Shown here: piece by piece, positions 1 to 9,031 of the stretch
Position numbering within the stretch: position 1 is the first letter of the stretch
Layout of the letters: each line of letters starts with the position of its first letter
Assembly (NCBI GenBank): GCA_903925275.1
Contig: CAIYES010000181.1
Location: forward strand, 1 to 60,941
Length of the DNA: 60,941 nt
From: an uncultured Bacteroidales bacterium
Lineage (GTDB): Bacteria > Bacteroidota > Bacteroidia > Bacteroidales > FEN-979
Direction: 5' to 3'
Program-made: the position numbers and the translations under genes
Notes under the pieces: model-generated
Told to the model about the DNA's origin: nothing
Seen by the model: only the letters and a program-made list of their open reading frames with translations
The model's database searches: none

Positions 1-37
1 AGGTCAATAAAAGTTATGGGTCAATGATAATTCTTTG

Positions 38-45
38 TATCTTTG
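38..45 (+). promoter_or_regulatory. Bacteroidota sigma-70 -7 box (TATCTTTG) for the toxin-antitoxin pair
   Basis: Matches TAnnTTTG, 16 nt upstream of the ATG at 62. Confidence 0.6.
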
Positions 46-61
46 TATTAAAGCATTGATT

Positions 62-250
62 ATGACAACCAAAGACCTAAGAAAGGAGATCAATCGTGTG
101 ATTCAAGAGGTTCCTGAAAATTTCTTAGAAGATATTTTATCTTATCTCAGGCAGATTGAAAAGAAACCTCAGAAAAACATCGAAGCCTTGGCCGATCTTA
201 AACGAATATTCAAAGAAGATCAGGAATTACTTGAAAAACTCGCAAAATGA
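62..250 (+). CDS. Small helical protein, probable antitoxin of the downstream Doc toxin
   Basis: 62 aa from ATG 62 (the ORF-track start at 35 overlaps the promoter); its stop overlaps the doc start (ATGA); charged and helical. Confidence 0.65.
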   Translation: MTTKDLRKEINRVIQEVPENFLEDILSYLRQIEKKPQKNIEALADLKRIFKEDQELLEKLAK

Positions 251-624
251 TCAAGGCTGAATTGGTCATTACTGTTCATGAATTGCTGATTGAAAATTAC
301 GGTGGTATTCAAGGAATTCGAGATTCCAAAGGTCTTGACTCGGCTATTACAAGACCATTTATGACATTTGATCAACAGGAACTTTATCCGACCCCTATTT
401 TAAAAGCAGCAGCCCTGATCCAAAGTCTCATCAATAATCATCCGTTTCTGGATGGAAATAAAAGAATTGGTTATGTAATGATGCGGTTTTTCCTCCTACA
501 GAACAAGCTTGACATAAACGCCACACTATCAGAAAAATATGACTTTGTGATAAAAATCGCTAATGGACGAATTCTATTCGATCAGATATCAGCGTGGATC
601 GAAAAAAATGCGAAAAAAGTTTAA
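247..624 (+). CDS. doc: Death-on-curing (Doc/Fic family) type II toxin
   Basis: HPFLDGNKRIG motif (Doc-type NKR); N-terminal GGxxGIRD; 125 aa. Confidence 0.9.
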   Translation: MIKAELVITVHELLIENYGGIQGIRDSKGLDSAITRPFMTFDQQELYPTPILKAAALIQSLINNHPFLDGNKRIGYVMMRFFLLQNKLDINATLSEKYDFVIKIANGRILFDQISAWIEKNAKKV

Positions 625-799
625 TATCAGAACTCCCGTCCTCTTGCAGTCTTATTTCGAGGTAATTTCAATAATTATTTTCAAATCAGTTCCGAGGAAA
701 ATTGTGTTTTTTGGCACATCAATCCGAGTATAAACTTATGGGTTTTTCATGTACATTTACCACCCGTGGTTTAGTCGTTTGATCTCAATTACTGAACAT

Positions 800-2512
800 A
801 TGCCAAAAAAACCCTCCAACCTCATTTACGGACTTGAGGACAAGCCTCCGTTACTGATTACGATAATCCTGGGATTTCAGCATTCCTGCCTCTTTTTTGT
901 CTTGATGACTCTCCCGATCATCATCATTCGTAAGCTGGGCAATTCCATTACACCCGAAGAAGCTCAGAGCTATTTAAGCATGACCATGATTGCAGGAGGG
1001 ATAACCGTTGTGCTGCAATCTATTCGCCGCTTTGGCCTGGGATCCGGGTATTTTTGTCCGGCACTTTGCGGGCCTGCCTATATGGATGCTACACTGACGG
1101 CAGCAGCCGTGGGTGGCCTGCCGCTGGTCTTTGGGATGACCTTGCTGTCGGGGGCCATCGAATCTCTTTTTTCAAAAGTCATGAATAAGCTCCGTTTCCT
1201 TTTCCCAACAGAGGTTACAGGGCTGATCGTGAGCATGGTGGGCTTGTCGTTGTTACCCGTCTCTCTTGCCTATTTTTTCGGACACCAGCAACAAGCAGCA
1301 GGGAGTTATGCATTTATCAGTGTAGGTTTCATTACCCTGGCCGTGATGGTAGGGCTGAATGTGTGGAGCAAGGGAAACATGAAACTCTTCTGTACGCTGA
1401 TTGGGGTGATCGTGGGCTATGTCGCCAGCATTCTGACCGGGATCATTCCGCCTGATGATTTACACAGGGTGGCGGCGGCCCGTTTCATCCATTTCCCGGT
1501 GATCAGCCATATCCGCTGGTCTTTTGACTTCACGATGATCGTTCCGTTCGTCATCGCCTCGATTTGCTCTACATTTAAAACTGTCGGAGATATTGTTACC
1601 TGCCAGAAGATTAATGACTCCGAATGGAAGCGTGCAGATATGAAAACACTCTCATCAGGTATTTTTGCGGATGGACTGGGAGGAGTTATCCCTGGACTGA
1701 TCGGCGGATTCGGACTTTCGACTTCCTCATCCAATGTAGGATTATCGATGGCGACAGGGGCCACCAGCAGGGTAATCTCACTGGCCATGGGAGGGATATT
1801 GATCTTCATGGCTTTTTTCCCGAAACTTTCCGAAGTTATGATCATCATGCCTGCTCCGATCATGGGTGCAGCCCTGATCTTTGCAGTAAGTTTCATTATT
1901 CTTGCAGGCTTCCAGATCATGATCTCCCGGATGATGAATGCCCGGAGGATCTTTGTGATCGGCATATCGCTCACATTTGGCTTATGTGTGTATTTGATCC
2001 CCGGGGCCTATTCCGGCGTTCACCCCTGGCTGAAACCTGTATTCAGCTCAGCGCTTTCCGTAACCACCATCATGGCTTTGGTACTGAACATGATCTTCCG
2101 GATCGGAGTGGCTGCAAAAGTCAAACTGGAACTGAACCCTGCTGCTTTCTCATCCGCCGATATCTTCGATTTCATGGAGAGACAGGGCGGGAACTGGGCT
2201 GCACGACCCGATGTGATCCGCAATGCCGCCGGTGCCATGAATGAAACGATGGAAACCATCATTTCCAACAATCTTTCAAGTTCAAATGTGGTTATGCTTG
2301 TGGGCTTTGATGAGTTCAACCTGGATGTAGATATCAGTTATCCGGGAAAACCGATTGAATTCCCCGACAGGAAACCATCCCGGCAGGAAATGATTGAAGA
2401 TGATGATGCAACAGCCAGGCTTTCAGGCTATATGATCAGGAAGTACGTCGACGGACTTAAAACAGAGCAAAAAGGCGTGCAGACGAACGTGAAGTTTCAT
2501 TTCATCCATTAA
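800..2512 (+). CDS. NCS2 (xanthine/uracil permease family) transporter with a C-terminal ~130-aa degenerate GHKL/anti-sigma-kinase-like domain
   Basis: LIYGLEDKPP N-terminus, TM1 QH, RFLFPTEVTG, ADG and signature SNVGLSMATG; soluble tail after ~2110. Likely ATG 800 (track start 749). Confidence 0.85.
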   Translation: MPKKPSNLIYGLEDKPPLLITIILGFQHSCLFFVLMTLPIIIIRKLGNSITPEEAQSYLSMTMIAGGITVVLQSIRRFGLGSGYFCPALCGPAYMDATLTAAAVGGLPLVFGMTLLSGAIESLFSKVMNKLRFLFPTEVTGLIVSMVGLSLLPVSLAYFFGHQQQAAGSYAFISVGFITLAVMVGLNVWSKGNMKLFCTLIGVIVGYVASILTGIIPPDDLHRVAAARFIHFPVISHIRWSFDFTMIVPFVIASICSTFKTVGDIVTCQKINDSEWKRADMKTLSSGIFADGLGGVIPGLIGGFGLSTSSSNVGLSMATGATSRVISLAMGGILIFMAFFPKLSEVMIIMPAPIMGAALIFAVSFIILAGFQIMISRMMNARRIFVIGISLTFGLCVYLIPGAYSGVHPWLKPVFSSALSVTTIMALVLNMIFRIGVAAKVKLELNPAAFSSADIFDFMERQGGNWAARPDVIRNAAGAMNETMETIISNNLSSSNVVMLVGFDEFNLDVDISYPGKPIEFPDRKPSRQEMIEDDDATARLSGYMIRKYVDGLKTEQKGVQTNVKFHFIH

Positions 2513-2520
2513 TACCAGCC

Positions 2521-3918
2521 ATGACGATCCCGGATATCATCAGGCTGATCATCTCCCTGGTAAACAACCTCGCCTTTATTCTCATTGCAGCCTATCTGGT
2601 TACACGGACAAAGTTGTACACGGAAATAATCCTTGAAAAAAGGCTTACCCTTAAAAATGGCCTGTTTCTCAGTGTTGTTTTTGGGTTTTTTGCCATTTAT
2701 GCAGATTACGGGGCATTTATCGACGGCAAGTCACTGATCTCCCTGAGGGACCTCGGACCTGAGATCGCGGGCCTCATCGGCGGCCCTTTGGCAGGCCTTG
2801 GAGCAGGCCTGATCGGCGGGATTCACCGGTACTTTTATTCTTCCGGCGGAACACAGATAGCCTGCTCGGCGACCACGATTCTGGCCGGTTTCCTGGCCGG
2901 GATGGTCTTTCTTCTGAGGAAAGGCAAAGTGCCCGGGATATGGGGAGCCGTGATTTTTGTGGCCTCCATTGAAATCCTCCATAATTTCCTGGTCTTTGCG
3001 ATCAGGCAGGATGAAAGCTACGATTTTATCAGCATCATCCAGACAGGATTTCTCCCGACACTATTGGCAAACACCATAGGCATGGCCATCTTCATGCTGA
3101 TCTCGACAAACCTTGTCAGGGAGAAGGAAACGGAACGGGCAAGGCAGCGGATGGAAAAGGAGCTTGACCTGGCCCGTGAAATTCAGGCGTCGTTATTGCC
3201 CGGGCCACTGGTGAAACAACCGGATCGCTTCACCATAAACATTTATTCTTTTATCCGTCCTGCAAAGTCGGTGGGCGGCGACTTTTATGATTATTATCTC
3301 CTCGATGACGGCCGTTTGCTGATCCTTATCGGGGATGTTTCCGATAAAGGGATCCCGGCTGCGCTGTTTGTTTCGCGCTGCAAGAGTATCCTGGGGTCGG
3401 CCGTAAAGGTAATCCGGGCATATTATCATGAAAAAGCCGATCCTGCCCGTATACTCGAATTTGCCAACGAAGAACTGCTCACAGCAAACGAAACATGCAT
3501 GTTCGTGACCCTCTTCATCGGCCTGCTTGACTTTGAAAAACAAGAATTACTGTTCAGCAATGCCGCACATACCAATCCTTACATCGTATCAGCAGATGGT
3601 AAAATTCATCAGCCGGAATACAGGAAAGCAAGGCCCCTGGGACTTAAAAAAGATTCGGAATATTTCAGCGGAATAACGATGATAAGGCCCGGAGATAAGC
3701 TTGTCCTTTATACAGACGGGATAACTGAAGCAATGAATCCCGACGGGAAGTTTTTTTCGGCTCAAAGGTTTCTGGAAACACTTGCTGAAAATCATACCTG
3801 CTCCCCTGAAGAACTTGTAAGAAACCTTATCACAAAGGTCGATTCGTTTGCGCTTGGCCAAAGTCAATATGATGACATTGCAATGGTGGCCATGTCGTAT
3901 TCACCAGTAAAAGAATAA
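2521..3918 (+). CDS. 5TMR-LYT (LytS/YhcK-type) membrane sensor fused to a SpoIIE/RsbU PP2C phosphatase
   Basis: RDLGPEIAGLIGGPLAGLGAGLIGGIHRY (5TM-LYT); ELDLAREIQ coil; VGGDFYD, GDVSDKG, YTDGITEA and YDDIA (PP2C). Confidence 0.9.
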   Translation: MTIPDIIRLIISLVNNLAFILIAAYLVTRTKLYTEIILEKRLTLKNGLFLSVVFGFFAIYADYGAFIDGKSLISLRDLGPEIAGLIGGPLAGLGAGLIGGIHRYFYSSGGTQIACSATTILAGFLAGMVFLLRKGKVPGIWGAVIFVASIEILHNFLVFAIRQDESYDFISIIQTGFLPTLLANTIGMAIFMLISTNLVREKETERARQRMEKELDLAREIQASLLPGPLVKQPDRFTINIYSFIRPAKSVGGDFYDYYLLDDGRLLILIGDVSDKGIPAALFVSRCKSILGSAVKVIRAYYHEKADPARILEFANEELLTANETCMFVTLFIGLLDFEKQELLFSNAAHTNPYIVSADGKIHQPEYRKARPLGLKKDSEYFSGITMIRPGDKLVLYTDGITEAMNPDGKFFSAQRFLETLAENHTCSPEELVRNLITKVDSFALGQSQYDDIAMVAMSYSPVKE

Positions 3919-3941
3919 TTTAAAGAAATAATATTGTAGAA

Positions 3942-4286
3942 ATGCAGGTAATCATCAATCAGGCTGGGAAAATACCAGTCGTTATTCTCAAAGGCAGGAT
4001 GGATGCCCTTACATCACCGGATGTAAAGAACCAGTTACTCGGCACCATGAATCCGGGGCTAAAGGTGCTTATCATCGACTGTTCATTGCTGGAATACCTC
4101 AGCAGTGCCGGGATACGTGTCTTTTACCAGATAGCCAGGGCTATGGCCGACTGGCAGGGGGAGCTTATCTTTTGTTCAACCACAGCAGTCGTTTCGGAAA
4201 TATTTACCATGGTGGGCATGGATACTGATTTTAAGATCTTCCCGCACCTGGATGAAGCCCTTGCCCTGGTGAATGAGAAGAACTGA
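3942..4286 (+). CDS. STAS-domain anti-sigma factor antagonist (RsbV/SpoIIAA-like)
   Basis: LKGRMDA and LEYLSSAGIR with the phosphoacceptor Ser; 114 aa. Confidence 0.9.
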   Translation: MQVIINQAGKIPVVILKGRMDALTSPDVKNQLLGTMNPGLKVLIIDCSLLEYLSSAGIRVFYQIARAMADWQGELIFCSTTAVVSEIFTMVGMDTDFKIFPHLDEALALVNEKN

Positions 4287-4394
4287 CGGGCAGGTATCGT
4301 AACCTGTGCCGATGGAATGGACAAAAACATTTGTGCGAATGAGAAAAACGGGCAGAAGATCAATAAAAATATCATGCCTTCGGCATGTTAAATG

Positions 4395-4424
4395 AATCAC
4401 CTCGCCGCAGAGCAGTGAGGTATT
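4395..4424. repeat. Imperfect hairpin resembling IS200/IS605-type end or REP palindromes
   Basis: ACCTCGCCGC-AGA-GCAGTGAGGT (4399-4421), intergenic, no transposase nearby. Confidence 0.45.
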
Positions 4425-4438
4425 AACCCAAATGCCCC

Positions 4439-4477
4439 CCCATCCCCTTCAGTAGAAGGGGATGGGAATTGAGGTGG
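4439..4477. repeat. REP-like perfect hairpin with a G-rich tail
   Basis: CCCATCCCCTTC-AGTA-GAAGGGGATGGG (12-bp stem, 4439-4466) followed by ...GAGGTGG. Confidence 0.65.
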
Positions 4478-4508
4478 ATAGGTTTAAAAACAACTTAAAA
4501 TTGAAAAT

Positions 4509-5450
4509 ATGAAGACTGAAAACCAGAATGTCATCGATTACTCGAACCCGGGGCATTGGCTGTCACTGCCGGCTCATCCTTCGAAACCCGTGGATGTCTT
4601 TTATGTTTACCCGACCGTATGGGCAAAGGTGGATCCGGCAGAGCCCAACTATTGCGCCATTGACCACCCCGGCATGCAACAAGGTGCGGTATCAGCCTTC
4701 GGTAAGCAGGCAACCGCTTTTGAAACGGCCGGCAATGTTTATGCGCCGTTTTACCGCCAGGCCGACGGAGGGTGCACGCTTTCTTTAGCCGAGGATCAGC
4801 GTTGGGAGGTACTCCGAAAAGTGCCTGCCGCGGATGTTACGGCAGCATTTGATTATTACATCCGACATTACAACAACGGCCGACCCTTTATCATCGTGGG
4901 ACATTCACAGGGCGCCAACGTTTTGATGTTCCTCCTCTCTGAATACATGAAAACGCACCCCGATGTGTATGCCGGGATGATCGCGGCCTATGTGATAGGT
5001 TACCCCGTAACGGCCGAATTCATGGCTGCGAACAAACACCTGAGGTTCGCCGGAGGCCCGGATGACACAGGTGTGATCATCTCATACAACACACAGTCGC
5101 CGAAAGTGGTTCCGGGAACTAATATCGTGGTGGCAAACAATATTGGGATTGTGATCAACCCGGTCAACTGGAAAAGAGACGAAACCCCGGCCCCGGCTTC
5201 TGAAAGCCTGGGATCATACATGCCCGACAGCACCATGACCCATTATGGAAAGGTGCTTGATTTCGCCGATGCCCGTATCGATCTTGCACATGGCATTATC
5301 ATCTGCAGCAGTGTGAACGACAACGCTATATATGCAATGTCATGTGGTCTTGACCTGGGGGTTTACCACATTTTCGACATTAATTTTTATTATTACAACC
5401 TGCGGGAAAATGCCGAGCGAAGGGCTAATTTGTTCTTGAGGAAATCCTGA
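4509..5450 (+). CDS. DUF3089-family alpha/beta hydrolase
   Basis: VDVFYVYPT, YAPFYRQ, nucleophile elbow GHSQG, INPVNW and YH..D...YY.NL. Confidence 0.8.
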   Translation: MKTENQNVIDYSNPGHWLSLPAHPSKPVDVFYVYPTVWAKVDPAEPNYCAIDHPGMQQGAVSAFGKQATAFETAGNVYAPFYRQADGGCTLSLAEDQRWEVLRKVPAADVTAAFDYYIRHYNNGRPFIIVGHSQGANVLMFLLSEYMKTHPDVYAGMIAAYVIGYPVTAEFMAANKHLRFAGGPDDTGVIISYNTQSPKVVPGTNIVVANNIGIVINPVNWKRDETPAPASESLGSYMPDSTMTHYGKVLDFADARIDLAHGIIICSSVNDNAIYAMSCGLDLGVYHIFDINFYYYNLRENAERRANLFLRKS

Positions 5451-5501
5451 TGACGCTTTTCTTTGTCATGTCAAAAAATTTCATACATAGATAACCCTGT
5501 T

Positions 5502-6815
5502 TCATCGGACCACTATTTTTTTAATTGCCTGTTGTCCACTGCCAATAGAAACCAATATCATATAAATACCTGGACTTGGAGAGGTGATTGAAAAGGAGGT
5601 GGCATCTGTTTTAGTTAACGGAATTTCATCACCCAGCACATCAAATAATTTTACAGTTTCCGGTTTATAAAACAAGTCGATGGTGAAGGTTCCACTGGTC
5701 GGGTTTGGAGAAATAGAAAAGTCAAAACGGGTATTATTCTCATCAATACCGGTTAAACAACTACCATCTGTAATCAAATGTGGCCTTACCGATGTGTTTT
5801 GTATCGAATTGGAATTTAACACGGCCACCTCTAAACCCTGACCGGTAAGGCCGGCATAAGTACCGGTCGGAGTCATGCTTAAACAGTTATTGGAAGTTGC
5901 ATTGTAAAAACCCCACCACCAATACAAATAACCAAAGTGATTCTGCTGACACAAATCCATAATGAGATGATAGTTGATCGTGTTGGTACATGTATTCCCG
6001 ATGTCATAGGCAAATTCACCGATGACGAAGGGCAGGTTGGAGTCATACATGCTTGTGAAACGGGTTGTCATTTCGGCATCGGTTACCGAAGTTGTTTCCC
6101 AATAGGTGTGAACTGAAAAAAGTAACTTATGTTCAGGGTCACCTGTCAATAAATTTACTCCATTTCCGTTGTTGATAAAAAATGTATGGTCCTGACCCCA
6201 ATGCATTCCATCTATCATGATCGGAACTTTTAAACCGGCAGTTCTGATGGCGGTAATTGCAGAAGAGCAGGCATCATAAAAATCCTGTTCGGTATCCGAC
6301 CAGTGCTCTGGTTCATTGGCTAAATTCAAAATCAAAAACCGGGAGTGTTTTTTCAAGGCGGCCATTACGCCGGGTTTTGTCCAAAACATGACCGCACTGT
6401 CTAAATTTGTTTGAATGTGTGAATGTTCTATCGATCCATCCGTAAAATCATGCAGTTCAACAATTGGGATTAACTTTTGGTCAAGTGCAGCAGTAATAAT
6501 TGTGTCAATCTGCCCACCCCTTAAATCCAAGATAACAGGATTACCACCTACCCACGATTCGTATTTTCGTTCCAGGCATATTCGCACACAGTTTGCTTTC
6601 GATTGGGCAATTTGAGAAAACTCCGGTATGCCTAAATCCGTTGCCCAGATATTACCATGATTGACACCCCGAAGGATGATCGTTTCACCGCAGCTATCTT
6701 TTATAAGACGTCCGTCGACAGTTAAAGTACTGTTTCCGTTTTGAGCATAAACAGTGAAGCCCAGGAAAACAATAGTGATTGCAGTAAACAGGTTTTTCAT
6801 TTTTTGCCTTTTCAT
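5502..6815 (-). CDS. GH5 glycoside hydrolase (mannanase-like) with signal peptide and T9SS C-terminal domain
   Basis: RGVNHG, ELHD, acid/base NLANEP, FSVHTY, nucleophile IGEF; SPNPTSG...KKIVVR CTD. Start may be ATG 6800. Confidence 0.85.
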   Translation of the reverse strand: MKRQKMKNLFTAITIVFLGFTVYAQNGNSTLTVDGRLIKDSCGETIILRGVNHGNIWATDLGIPEFSQIAQSKANCVRICLERKYESWVGGNPVILDLRGGQIDTIITAALDQKLIPIVELHDFTDGSIEHSHIQTNLDSAVMFWTKPGVMAALKKHSRFLILNLANEPEHWSDTEQDFYDACSSAITAIRTAGLKVPIMIDGMHWGQDHTFFINNGNGVNLLTGDPEHKLLFSVHTYWETTSVTDAEMTTRFTSMYDSNLPFVIGEFAYDIGNTCTNTINYHLIMDLCQQNHFGYLYWWWGFYNATSNNCLSMTPTGTYAGLTGQGLEVAVLNSNSIQNTSVRPHLITDGSCLTGIDENNTRFDFSISPNPTSGTFTIDLFYKPETVKLFDVLGDEIPLTKTDATSFSITSPSPGIYMILVSIGSGQQAIKKIVVR

Positions 6816-7300
6816 TTTTACTGTGAACCCCTTAATATTAATAGCAATTTAAAAAGTCCGAACACAGTGAAAACCATGTTGGCCTGTATTCCATTTCATT
6901 GTTTTCATCTTCCTTTTAAACGTTTGGTTACTCTCCATTCCCGGTTTTGCCTTGCTGTTGCGGGAATTGCCAACTAAACCAATCCCCAAACGACCGGATA
7001 TTAAACCCGGATAGATCTATTGTGAATTACTTAACAGAATGATTTTCAAAGAAATAAAAAACGAATGTAGTGTAAAAAAGAAGAAAACCAACATTCCAGC
7101 CAAATTTAAGCTTAAATGTCCCGCCGGTGCATGGCGTTCTCTATATTGGGCTGAGTGGTTATGAATTTTGACAGAAGATCCGCATGAGTGATAATCCCTT
7201 TGAATTCATGCAGAATAACAATACTTTTGTTTTATCCGGGCCTTTGTCGCCAAAGCTTTGCAAAAAAATGTTACATTTAGTCCCTTCAAACTTAAACAAT

Positions 7301-8104
7301 ATGAAAGCCAAAAAAATTCTACTGTTATCTTTGATGGCGCTGGCATTTTGCACCTGCAAAAAATCCAGTGACCCTGAAACTTTCTTTCCGGCAGAAATCG
7401 GCAAAGTAACCGAAAGTTTGACAAAATCTTTCGACTCCCTGAACCTGAAGATGGCTGCAAGCGCTGCCACCATTTCACAAAATGCCACCGATACGGCTGC
7501 TATCCGAAACAACATGCTCAGTTTGTTCAATAGCTCATCATTTATCCTGGAATTTTCTTTTGTTACCCCCCAGGGAATCATGCAGATCATTGAACCTGCC
7601 ATTTATCACTATCTGCAAGGAATAAATATCAGCGGGCAAAGCCACATAATAAAAGCATTTCAATCAAAACAGCCTGTGCTGAGCGAGTCATTCCTGGCTG
7701 TGGAAGGTTATTATGCCGCAGTCGACATCCATCCCATCGTAAACAATAACCAGGTCCTCGGTGGTATCACCGCCCTGTTTTTCCCTCATACGATCCTTGG
7801 ACGAATAATCACGCCCCTAGTAAAAAACCAGCCATTTGAAATCTGGGTCATGGAGAAAAGTGGCAAAGTGCTCTATGACCAGGATTCGCTGGAAATCGGG
7901 CGCAATGTGTTTACAGATACCCTTTATTCATCGTTCCCTGAACTGATCACCGCCGCCCACCTCATCGATTCGCTAAAAACGGGTGAAACATACTACTCCT
8001 TTTATCAAACCGGAACTTCCATTAAAGTAGTCAAGAAAACCTATTGGTCAACCTATGAATTATTCGGGACGGAGTGGAAAATCATCTGGGTAAAACCTGA
8101 GTAA
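7301..8104 (+). CDS. Cache-domain lipoprotein (standalone extracytoplasmic ligand-binding protein)
   Basis: Lipoprotein signal MKAKKILLLSLMALAFC; PVLSESFLAVEG and VLYDQD..EIGRN dCache-like pattern. Real start ATG 7301. Confidence 0.6.
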   Translation: MKAKKILLLSLMALAFCTCKKSSDPETFFPAEIGKVTESLTKSFDSLNLKMAASAATISQNATDTAAIRNNMLSLFNSSSFILEFSFVTPQGIMQIIEPAIYHYLQGINISGQSHIIKAFQSKQPVLSESFLAVEGYYAAVDIHPIVNNNQVLGGITALFFPHTILGRIITPLVKNQPFEIWVMEKSGKVLYDQDSLEIGRNVFTDTLYSSFPELITAAHLIDSLKTGETYYSFYQTGTSIKVVKKTYWSTYELFGTEWKIIWVKPE

Positions 8105-8158
8105 GCCTTAACACACCGGTTCATGTGAGGGATATCTTCTGAATCTTACTGCAACAAT

Positions 8159-9025
8159 TTATGATTCATTGGATATTTCTTTTGATGAGGGTGATGGAAT
8201 TTCACCGGGAGGCTGTTCCGTATTATGAAATACATAATGTGCATGAAAATGCCTGTGGGTTTCTCCCTGGTGTTTATGCTCATGTTCATGAATCATGTTC
8301 ACGCTGATCAGGAATTCCTGGTCTGTTAAAATTTCTGCCGCAGTTCCTGTTTTCAGGATGGTATGATCTTCCGAAAGCACTGCTACACGGGGCTGAAGAT
8401 GATCGATGAGATCTAGATGGTGGGTGGTGAAAATGATTGTTTTTCCGGCATGGTTCAATTCCAGCAACAGTTCTGCGAAAAAAGTTTGTGTTTTGGGATC
8501 AATCCCGGCAAGTGGTTCATCTACGAGAAGAACCTCAGGATTCATGGTAAGCACGGAGGCAATAGCCACTTTTTTCTTTTCACCCCCTGAGAGCATGGCA
8601 ACCGAACGGTCTCTCAAACAGTTAATTCCCAAAGCTTCCAACGTTTGGTCAGCTCTTTCAATTGCTTCTTCATTTGAATAGCCAAGTTGCAACGGAGCAA
8701 AAAGCAGTTCATCCAACACTGTGGGACAAAAAAGCTGTATATCAGGGTTCTGGAAAATATAACCCATGCTGCTCCGCAGGTTTGAATTTGTTTCCCTGTT
8801 ACGAAGAGATTTTTCGTCAATCCGGGCTCCTTTGTAACAATAGTCTCCCGAATCAGGGAATATCAAGGCATTGATAATATTCAGCAGGGAGGTTTTTCCA
8901 CTGCCGTTCTGACCAATAATCGCGAACATCTCCCCTTTTCCAATCTGGAGGCTTATGTTTTTCAGTGCCGGAATTTTTCCGAAATATGCATAACTGATGT
9001 TGGTTAAGGAAATGATGTTTTCCAT
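8159..9025 (-). CDS. cbiO: ECF transporter ATPase (CbiO/NikO) with a His-rich tail
   Basis: Walker A GQNGSGKT, FQNPD, LSGGEKKK, DEP; C-terminal HEHEHKHQGETHRHFHAH. Confidence 0.88.
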   Translation of the reverse strand: MENIISLTNISYAYFGKIPALKNISLQIGKGEMFAIIGQNGSGKTSLLNIINALIFPDSGDYCYKGARIDEKSLRNRETNSNLRSSMGYIFQNPDIQLFCPTVLDELLFAPLQLGYSNEEAIERADQTLEALGINCLRDRSVAMLSGGEKKKVAIASVLTMNPEVLLVDEPLAGIDPKTQTFFAELLLELNHAGKTIIFTTHHLDLIDHLQPRVAVLSEDHTILKTGTAAEILTDQEFLISVNMIHEHEHKHQGETHRHFHAHYVFHNTEQPPGEIPSPSSKEISNES

Positions 9026-9031
9026 AAGCAC

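Noticed and set aside
62-624. Prophage or mobile element implied by the doc TA pair
   Set aside because: No integrase, transposase or phage genes in the window; sequence to the left is not visible
655-735. Spaced CGAG(G/T)-A/T-rich repeats upstream of the NCS2 operon
   Set aside because: Too short and degenerate to distinguish from chance
1417-2319. Overlapping alternative-frame and antisense ORFs in the NCS2 gene (and similar ones across the window, e.g. 48338..49222, 35515..36313, 29547..30276)
   Set aside because: They lie within well-supported genes and show no recognisable motifs; they are shadow ORFs
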